A stretch of 32,000 nt of DNA from Ruminiclostridium papyrosolvens C7. Its GTDB lineage: Bacteria; Bacillota; Clostridia; Acetivibrionales; DSM-1351. A model generated the notes under the pieces. That model searched no databases. It had not been told where the DNA came from and worked only from the letters and a program-made list of their open reading frames with translations. Below are positions 25,461 through 32,000 of the stretch, piece after piece. The stretch lies in contig NZ_ATAY01000076.1 in assembly GCF_000421965.1 (NCBI RefSeq), forward strand, positions 14,597 to 46,596, given 5' to 3'. Within the stretch, counting starts at the first letter, position 1. Each line of letters opens with the position of its first letter. Position numbers and translations under genes: made by a program.

Positions 25461-26784
25461 ATGACCACAATTGAACTGTTACAGAGGTCAATTGAATACA
25501 TTGAGAAAAATTTAAAGGGTGAAATTTCATTGTCTGAGCTTGCAGAGTTTGAAGGATTTTCAACTTATCATTTTAGCCATATTTTTTGTGATTTTGTAGG
25601 TATGCCTGTTACAGCCTTTATTACGAAACGCAGGCTTCAGCATATAATCTATGATGTTCAAAATGGCAGCAAGCTGATTGATACTGTTCTTTTGTATGGC
25701 TTTGATACCCACGCAGGATTTTTCAAAGCATTCAAACGGGAATTTGGTTGCTCTCCGACAAAGTTTTTAAAAATTAATACTGCTAAGAAACCAAAAGCAG
25801 TAAACTTATTAAGGGAGTCAAGAGTTAAGCTTACACAAACACAAATAAGGCAACTATTATCAAACTGGGATATTGAAACAAAAGCTGACATATGCAATAC
25901 ATTTACAGCAGGCGGTGCAATGAAGTCCAACAATTCATGGGTTATAGGTGATAAATATATTTTTAAAACAGGTAGAAATATCGCTGGGCTCAAAACACAC
26001 ATTGATATTTCAAGAGCACTCCAAAAGAGTGGTATGGTTGCAGCTTGCCCGGTAAAGACCAAAAACGGTGAAGATTTTCTTGTCGAGAATGGCAGGTTCT
26101 ATGTACTTACAAACCAAATTATAGGGGAGCTTTTAAATCCTGAACAACGCTATACTGGGGACAGAATAGCTACAGGTAAAAAGTATGGAGAAGCTATCGG
26201 CAATCTCCATAGAATTCTAAAAAGTCAGGATAGTAACTTAGATGTTAATGACAGCAATCTTTTTGACACAGTTATTAACTGGGCATTGCCTGAGACAAAG
26301 CGAAATATGGAGCAATGGGGTTGTCCATTACCCGATGAGTTTTATTCTGATTATACTGAAAATTTCAGTAAACTTTATGACAAGTTACCCAAACATATCA
26401 TTCATCGCGATGCCAATCCGTCAAATATTATGTTTAATAATGGTGAAGTAAGCGGTTTTATTGATTTTGATATCAGCGAATAGAACGTAAGAATTTTTGA
26501 CCCTTGCTATTGTGCTACTGGAATTTTATCAGAAGCAGGTGAAGTCGATGGTGGCTTTGAAATAATGGGGCGAAATACTAAAAGGAATATTTCTCGGGTA
26601 TGATAGCATTTATAAATTAACTGATATTAAGAAGCAGTCAATACCATATGTGATATATTCCATCCAGATGATATTCATTGCATGGCTGATTGAAAATGAG
26701 TCATATAAAAATTGTACTATGCAGAACAGAAAAATACTTGTTTGGATTTGGGAAAATAAAGACAAATGTTTTGGAACATTGTAA
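25461..26784 (+). pseudogene. AraC-type HTH regulator fused to an aminoglycoside-phosphotransferase/choline-kinase-like domain, disrupted by an in-frame TAG and a 1-nt frameshift
   Basis: The ATG at 25461 follows AAGAGGAG. The N-terminal HTH_18 region reads LSELAEFEGFSTYHFSHIFCDFVGMPVTAFITKRRL...HAGFFKAFKREFGCSPTKF. The kinase-like catalytic loop is HIIHRDANPSNIMF, with the IDFD metal motif after it. A TAG stop follows at 26481-26483. Family-like sequence continues in frame (NVRIFDPCYCATGILSE...GGFE), then shifts by one frame near 26561-26566 to WGEILKGIFLGYDSIYKLT...FGTL*, ending at 26784. Confidence 0.75.
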
Positions 26785-26795
26785 TTACTTTAAAA

Positions 26796-26833
26796 CCAGC
26801 TTTCTATAATATGATTTTATCATAGAAAGCTGG
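26796..26833. terminator. Bidirectional terminator hairpin (12-bp perfect stem) between convergent genes
   Basis: CCAGCTTTCTAT (26796-26807) pairs with ATAGAAAGCTGG (26822-26833). It is flanked by an A-run upstream and TTTTTATTT downstream. Confidence 0.75.
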
Positions 26834-26842
26834 TCATAATTT

Positions 26843-29716
26843 TTATTTCTTTTCAATGGTTATATCGTCAAACCAGGCAGTTCCTTTTGCAAGGTTAATT
26901 GCATCACCAAGTCTGCAATAAATTTTTGCATTTGTATTACTCCCTGAGTTAAAATCAACATATATCTGTGTCCACCCATTATTTGTATCAAGAACGGAAC
27001 CAGATACTGCAAGGTCTGTTCCGGAGATTACGGCCAGATTTGCACCCACAGCTCCGGATATTACGTTTTGGGTTTTAACCCATGCACTTACACGATAATC
27101 AGTGTTAGTCTCAACAGGTATATTTTTATGCAAAAAAGCATAATTGGAAGCTTGGTTAGATAAAATACTTACTGAACGCAAACCGCTGTGCTTAGTGCTA
27201 CTGTCCGACATAGATATTGAATTGGTATCCGGATCACTATTAGAGCTGTAGAAAGACCATCCGGAAGCTTTATTATTTGCAGAAAATTCAAATCCCAGAT
27301 TATAATCCTTTTCCAGCTTAATATCATCAAACCACGCTGTACCGCTTGAGTTGAGCGATAGATGCAATTTCAGACTGGTGTCACTTCCTGAGTACCAGTG
27401 CATATATACCGGAGTCCAGTCCTGAGTCCCAGCTATTGAATTACTAAAGAAGCAATTCATTCCACCATAGGTTGACGGAACTTGAATTTCCAGACATGCA
27501 CCTCTGCCATAAGTAGCAGTAACATTGGAGGTTTTTATATAACCGCTGATCAAATAATGTGTATCCGGCTCAATGTTTGTATCGAGCTCATAATAGCCCC
27601 CAGTATTAATGTCATTCCCGGTAACGCATGCAGAGTAGCTGCCGCTGTTAACAACATTTTGATCTAAATATGTTCTTCCATACCAAACATTTTGCGTCCA
27701 CCCAGAAGGCGTACCATCAGTATTTAGTGACTCAAATCCCGGATTAGGGATATCCTGAGAATATAGACTCATTCTTGAAACATAAATGGTAAATTCCTGA
27801 GCATATTTATTAATAGTTATTCCCGAAGAATCCTTGTTATAGGCAGTTAAGATAACGGTATACGAATTTCCTGCCTGTGAGGCTTGCGGTACCCAATCTA
27901 TGGTTTTAGTATTGCTATTATAGGACGCTCCATCCGGTAGTCCGGCAACATCCAGAAAAACCGGATCGTTTTCAGGATCCGTTGTTTGAAAATTAATTTT
28001 AAAGGGTTTATTCGGATAAGCATTTACGTCGCTAAGATCATTTGAGACAAGAGGACACTTGTTTTGGGGTTTAGTGAAATTGTATTTCAGAGTGGGGTCA
28101 CCAAGAAGGATGAATTCAGGTCTTAGATTAGTGTTCATATCTTGGAACCTTGATACCATATTATTAAAAGCAGTACCTATACAATTGGTTTTAAGGTCTT
28201 CAAAATATTGGGGATCAGCAAAAAAATTACTACTGATTGTCATTCCGGTGATATTACAAACATTTGATTCACCTGTATTGCTGTCTTTGTTGAACAGAAA
28301 AGTAGCACCGAGATTGCTTGTGGTAAAATCACAGGCTGAACATGAATTAAGGTGAAGATAGTTCACTTTTACGGTTATGCTATTAATGTCGTCTATACTA
28401 GGGTAATCAAATATAGCACTATCCTCTGAACCGTTTGGATGGGTCGGAATGGACCAGCCTTCTTGGCTTGCATGGATTGTCTCGTACCCCAATCTGTATC
28501 CGCCTTTAAGAAGTTTCATAAAATTGTCTTTAGTTGTTGAGGATTTATTTGATATACTGTATATATCTTTTTCTAAATTTGCTAGGCCAGAAACCATTTT
28601 AGGTTCATATTCTACAAAATCATCGTCCACAAAAGAAAAAGCTTTAGCGTCGAAAGTCATGTTTTCAGTAAAACGGAAGGCATGAATTTTTGAAAGGTAC
28701 TCCGAAGTTTTTTGGCTTGCCTGCTGATCAGAGTCTGAAATAGCTCCTGCAGATATTCTGCCATAAATCATATCGGGAGCACTTGTCTGAGAATTGTAAG
28801 ATGCCTCATATAAACCGTCTCCATCTGAGTCTGACCAATTGCTCATATCTGAATAAAAGAGGTCTGTTGGTACGTTTTCATTCGAACCGGGATTTGCTTC
28901 CCAGGAAGCTGAAGGAATTGATGGGGCGGAACCTATAATTACAAAGCCTTGATAACCTTGCTCATAATATCCCCTGATTACTTGCTTCAGTGCATTCGGG
29001 TTTTCGCAAACGTGGAAACTTTCGTCTCCTGCATAGTTACTGTCCGGTACGTTGTTAACTTTTATGAGTGTAGGGGACCAACCCTCATTTGCTAAATCAG
29101 ATAAGTATGTATTTAATTCACTTTGACAAGTACCATAAATTTTACTACTTACAATTACCAGAAACCCGTGAGTGGGATCGAAAACAGGTTCAGAACCCCA
29201 TATTTTAATGTTATTTATGTAAGCGGTTGCTTTACTCCACTCTGTATAACCAGTATTTGCCAAGCTGAAGGAATAATCATTTTGTTGGTTGTAATTTGAC
29301 CCGTCTGCTTTAGAAATATTAGTTTTAAGCTCAAGGCTTGTGTTTGGAGCTAGAGACATGCCTGCGGGGAAACTTATTTCCAGATAGTTATCGGCATTGG
29401 CAGTGGGTGCAGTCATGTCCACAAAGCTACCTGTTACCCCTGAAACATCACAATTGAAATTCTGTGTACTACCACTGTCTTTGGTAAAATAGTATCTAAT
29501 ATTAACACTTGACAGGCTTAAAGAGTTTACTCCATAATTGGCAATTTTAAAATTAGGGGATATGGTGTTTGTTGTTGGAGCGGTATTTTCCATATACATC
29601 TCAACTCTTAAAGCACCGCTTGCAGCATTGGCAGGTGGATTTATAACAAAGGTAAATAGCTGGAACAAAAGCAGAAATGCTAAGGTTGCTGAAATGATTT
29701 TACTTCGTTTTTGCAT
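26843..29716 (-). CDS. Secreted multidomain protein: signal peptide, CBM3-like module, peptidase C25 (gingipain)-like cysteine protease domain, cadherin/Ig-like domain, and two CBM_4_9-like modules
   Basis: - AAAGGAG RBS.
- The signal peptide ends at PPANA/AS.
- Residues ~33-178 look like CBM3 (NIRYYFTKD, NYNQQNDYSF).
- Residues ~185-545 follow the C25 layout (FLVIV..., FVIIGSAPSIPS, SDMSNWSDSDGDG...PDMIYGRIS, candidate catalytic H415 in ETIHASQEGW and C459 in LNSCSACDF).
- Residues ~555-645 are dystroglycan/cadherin-like (DPENDPVFLDVAGLPDGASYN...IDWVP).
- Two repeats begin NPGFE/NLGFE and end TAWFDDIKLEK/TAWFDDITIEKK. Confidence 0.65.
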   Translation of the reverse strand: MQKRSKIISATLAFLLLFQLFTFVINPPANAASGALRVEMYMENTAPTTNTISPNFKIANYGVNSLSLSSVNIRYYFTKDSGSTQNFNCDVSGVTGSFVDMTAPTANADNYLEISFPAGMSLAPNTSLELKTNISKADGSNYNQQNDYSFSLANTGYTEWSKATAYINNIKIWGSEPVFDPTHGFLVIVSSKIYGTCQSELNTYLSDLANEGWSPTLIKVNNVPDSNYAGDESFHVCENPNALKQVIRGYYEQGYQGFVIIGSAPSIPSASWEANPGSNENVPTDLFYSDMSNWSDSDGDGLYEASYNSQTSAPDMIYGRISAGAISDSDQQASQKTSEYLSKIHAFRFTENMTFDAKAFSFVDDDFVEYEPKMVSGLANLEKDIYSISNKSSTTKDNFMKLLKGGYRLGYETIHASQEGWSIPTHPNGSEDSAIFDYPSIDDINSITVKVNYLHLNSCSACDFTTSNLGATFLFNKDSNTGESNVCNITGMTISSNFFADPQYFEDLKTNCIGTAFNNMVSRFQDMNTNLRPEFILLGDPTLKYNFTKPQNKCPLVSNDLSDVNAYPNKPFKINFQTTDPENDPVFLDVAGLPDGASYNSNTKTIDWVPQASQAGNSYTVILTAYNKDSSGITINKYAQEFTIYVSRMSLYSQDIPNPGFESLNTDGTPSGWTQNVWYGRTYLDQNVVNSGSYSACVTGNDINTGGYYELDTNIEPDTHYLISGYIKTSNVTATYGRGACLEIQVPSTYGGMNCFFSNSIAGTQDWTPVYMHWYSGSDTSLKLHLSLNSSGTAWFDDIKLEKDYNLGFEFSANNKASGWSFYSSNSDPDTNSISMSDSSTKHSGLRSVSILSNQASNYAFLHKNIPVETNTDYRVSAWVKTQNVISGAVGANLAVISGTDLAVSGSVLDTNNGWTQIYVDFNSGSNTNAKIYCRLGDAINLAKGTAWFDDITIEKK

Positions 29717-29824
29717 AAGAATCTCCTTTAGTTGAACTAAGTAGTTTTATTTATTGAAAGCTGGCCAGCTGACAATCCAATTTTATAAAGATGCGTATTA
29801 CAGGACTTGAAGTTAAAAAGTTCA

Positions 29825-29873
29825 GTAAAATAATACATAATTGTTTTCTGTAAACAATTATGTATTATTTTAC
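29825..29873. repeat. Perfect 22-bp inverted repeat with a 5-nt loop in the divergent intergenic region
   Basis: GTAAAATAATACATAATTGTTT (29825-29846), loop TCTGT, AAACAATTATGTATTATTTTAC (29852-29873), read directly from the sequence. Confidence 0.9.
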
Positions 29874-30006
29874 CACTGGGATTTTATTTAATCAACTTTT
29901 TTTGACAAGGTAGCTTCTAAACTGTCAAAAACGTCGAGTAATGATACTCGGATTACTGTATAATAAAATCACTTCCGGAAGTAATAACTTAGAAGGAGGA
30001 TAGAAT

Positions 30007-31515
30007 TTGGATTATTTTATTGAAATATGCGCAATTATAACTTTTATAGAGCAACGAATAAAGCAGAGGCTTGATTTTACCGAACTCGAAAAAACCTTAA
30101 ACTTTTCTTATCGTCACATAATAGGGATATTTAAGATACGAACCAACATGTCTTTGTCTCATTACATTATGATTCGAAAGATTGCTAATTGTGCTCTTGA
30201 AATAGTATCGACACCAAAAAGCCTGACAACAATAGCTTTCGAATATGGCTTTGACAACTATGATACTTTTACTAGGGCTTTTAAGCGTGAAACAGGTATC
30301 AGGCCATCAGAGTTTAAGAAGTTTGGACTTGTGTGTGGAAGAAAGCATATTTGCTTGGGCGTATATGCTCCGGCTATTTTAAATCTTGATCAAGAATCTG
30401 TCCTTCTAAATTTATCGGAGGCTGATTTTATGAGTAAAACTTTTGAAACACAGGATAGTTGTATTCTTTATGGTGTACCTAAGGTGCACTATGGACGTAA
30501 TGTTGACGGTGGTTGGCAAGGTACTCCATTTCCTATGTGCTTACAGGCTGTCTTGGATTATATGGGTCAAAATGTCCATTATTCATATATTATGGCAGCA
30601 TCGGGTGCATCATTTAGATTAAGATGGAATGTAAATGGTTGGGATTTAAGTGCTGTTGATATCAGAAATATCTACGAAAAACCGTTAATGCCGTTTGAAC
30701 TGGCATTTAAAGCAGTGGGGAGAAAGTTTAAGATTCTAAATAAAGATTCCAACTCATATAGCAAGAAGGATTTTATTAATCTCATTAAGTCGGAAATTGA
30801 TGAGGGACGTCCAGTGATTACCCTTGGAGTTGTTGGCCCTCCTGAAGCCAGCATCATAACAGGTTACAAAGATAATTGTGAAACGGTATTAGGATGGAGT
30901 TTGTTTCAAGATAATATGGAGTTTTCAAATAACGTTACTTTTGATGAATCGGGGTATTTTATTTGCAATAACTGGTGGGAAAATACGGAAGCAGTTATGT
31001 CAATTGGAGAAGAAATATGCGTAATGTCTTCAATGAAAGAGTTGCTTGAAAATGCTTACTATCTACTAACTACGGATGCAATCCGGGTGGAGGAATGTGG
31101 TACATATTTGGGAGGACAAAAAGCATACTCTGCATGGGCCAGTGCTATGACAGAAGATTTAAATTTCTCAAAACAAACACAGCTTTCTTTATTAATAGAA
31201 CATATAATGTGTTTTGGAGATGCTGCTACAATGGTAGGTGAAGGCCGCTCATATGCGGCAGGATATATAAACTGGATAGGAGAAACAAATCCGGAAGTGT
31301 CAAAGGAATGTAGAAATTGTGCAGGATACCTTAATGCAGTAGCCGATTGTGTTACAAAAATGTCAAATATACTAGGAGGCTTTGGCGGTGAGGATGCAGT
31401 GCAAAAATTTGCTGATAAAGAAATCAGAATGCAAATTGTTTCTTTAATAAAACTGGCACAGCGAAATGAGGCTAAGGCTTGTGATGAATTAAAAACCTTA
31501 ATTAGCAAGATATAA
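30007..31515 (+). CDS. AraC/XylS-family HTH regulator fused to a C-terminal domain of about 380 aa with unknown function (possibly BtrH-N/DUF4872-like, papain-like fold)
   Basis: The TTG start lies 7 nt after AAGGAGGA. Residues 1-105 form an HTH_18 (LTTIAFEYGFDNYDTFTRAFKRETGIRPSEFKK). The remainder (FPMCLQAVLDYMG...ASGASFRLRWN...GRPVITLGVVGPPEASIITGY...) is a globular domain. I can assign it only tentatively. Confidence 0.6.
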   Translation: MDYFIEICAIITFIEQRIKQRLDFTELEKTLNFSYRHIIGIFKIRTNMSLSHYIMIRKIANCALEIVSTPKSLTTIAFEYGFDNYDTFTRAFKRETGIRPSEFKKFGLVCGRKHICLGVYAPAILNLDQESVLLNLSEADFMSKTFETQDSCILYGVPKVHYGRNVDGGWQGTPFPMCLQAVLDYMGQNVHYSYIMAASGASFRLRWNVNGWDLSAVDIRNIYEKPLMPFELAFKAVGRKFKILNKDSNSYSKKDFINLIKSEIDEGRPVITLGVVGPPEASIITGYKDNCETVLGWSLFQDNMEFSNNVTFDESGYFICNNWWENTEAVMSIGEEICVMSSMKELLENAYYLLTTDAIRVEECGTYLGGQKAYSAWASAMTEDLNFSKQTQLSLLIEHIMCFGDAATMVGEGRSYAAGYINWIGETNPEVSKECRNCAGYLNAVADCVTKMSNILGGFGGEDAVQKFADKEIRMQIVSLIKLAQRNEAKACDELKTLISKI

Positions 31516-31561
31516 GAAATTATTTCGTAGGAGCATTAGTCTGTAAGAAAGGAAGGGAAGT

Positions 31562-32000
31562 ATGAATATACATGAGCGTATTGAAAAGTGGCAAGTAGAA
31601 GATGGGGTATACTTGTTTCATAAAATGAAATTACCGGATAACTCCGTACTTATTGATTTTGGGTGTGGTTATGGGGAATATACTATTTCATTGGCACTTT
31701 CGAATAAGAATAGCACTGTATACTCCGTTGATAAGAATAAAAAAATGTTGGAAATTGTACAAAACAAAATAGATACTCATTCTATAACAAACGTACACCT
31801 TGTCAAGGCAGACGGGTCTCTTTTGATAGATTTTCCTGATTGCTATTCTGATATGATATTAATGTATGACTTTATTCACGGTAACACACAGGAGAAGTTA
31901 CCGATAAGATTTGAGATGTTCGAGGAAGCCAGAAGGGTATTAAAACCAGATGGGATTCTTTCTATAGCGCCGTTTGAATGTGAATATCTTAGGGATTTAA
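31562..32000 (+). CDS. Class I SAM-dependent methyltransferase (partial, runs off the right edge)
   Basis: The ATG at 31562 follows AAGGAAGGGAAG. My translation contains VLIDFGCGYGEYT (SAM-binding motif I) and LKPDGIL (post-II/III). It is not in the ORF track because it has no stop in the window. Confidence 0.75.
   Translation, partial: MNIHERIEKWQVEDGVYLFHKMKLPDNSVLIDFGCGYGEYTISLALSNKNSTVYSVDKNKKMLEIVQNKIDTHSITNVHLVKADGSLLIDFPDCYSDMILMYDFIHGNTQEKLPIRFEMFEEARRVLKPDGILSIAPFECEYLRDL

Noticed and set aside
26481-26483. The in-frame TAG in the AraC-kinase-like gene as programmed recoding (pyrrolysine or read-through).
   Set aside because: - There are no pyl genes or a PYLIS-like context here.
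- A second lesion, the frameshift near 26563, lies in the same gene.
- Simple pseudogenisation is the more economical explanation.
1-32000. Mobile elements, phage genes, known defence systems, CRISPR arrays, and tRNA/rRNA genes.
   Set aside because: - I found no transposase, integrase or recombinase motifs.
- There is no direct-repeat/spacer array and no nuclease/helicase/methylase defence-type gene pair.
- There are no cloverleaf-like segments in the intergenic regions.
- The long repeats seen are terminator hairpins or the single 22-bp palindrome at 29825.

Overview
This is a low-GC (roughly 35-40% by eye) chromosomal segment whose gene content fits a cellulolytic or xylanolytic Clostridia-type Firmicute. 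That taxonomic assignment is inference only. I saw no transposase, integrase, phage, CRISPR, tRNA or rRNA genes.

Gene order, left to right:
- 5' part of a YesM-type sensor kinase (-)
- sugar ABC operon (binding protein and 2 permeases) plus a GH3 beta-glycosidase
- orphan NusG paralog, followed by a divergent MetRS-like class I aaRS paralog
- unlisted 36-aa basic protein
- NCS2 purine permease
- CE7 acetyl esterase
- internally duplicated double P-loop protein (-)
- GTP-dependent PEP carboxykinase
- MarR, ArsA/Get3-like ATPase, 74-aa protein, ArsA/Get3-like ATPase, ThuA-like protein and UxaC, with no terminator seen until 21848
- YyaL-type thioredoxin-domain protein (-)
- GNAT, nitroreductase, and a decayed AraC-kinase-like fusion gene
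- 957-aa secreted CBM3/C25-like protease/CBM protein (-)
- AraC-fusion regulator and a partial methyltransferase

Most of the window is ordinary carbohydrate and central metabolism. My best candidate for an uncharacterised system is the MarR-linked tandem pair of cysteine-poor ArsA/Get3-type ATPases at 16.4-19.7 kb. Each carries an HSP20-like C-terminal domain, they flank a small helical protein, and a repeated ATACTTCG operator-like motif lies upstream. The runner-up is the NusG paralog next to a MetRS-like protein whose KMSKS loop reads KASSS.

All calls come from reading the supplied translations and the DNA by eye. No database search was possible.
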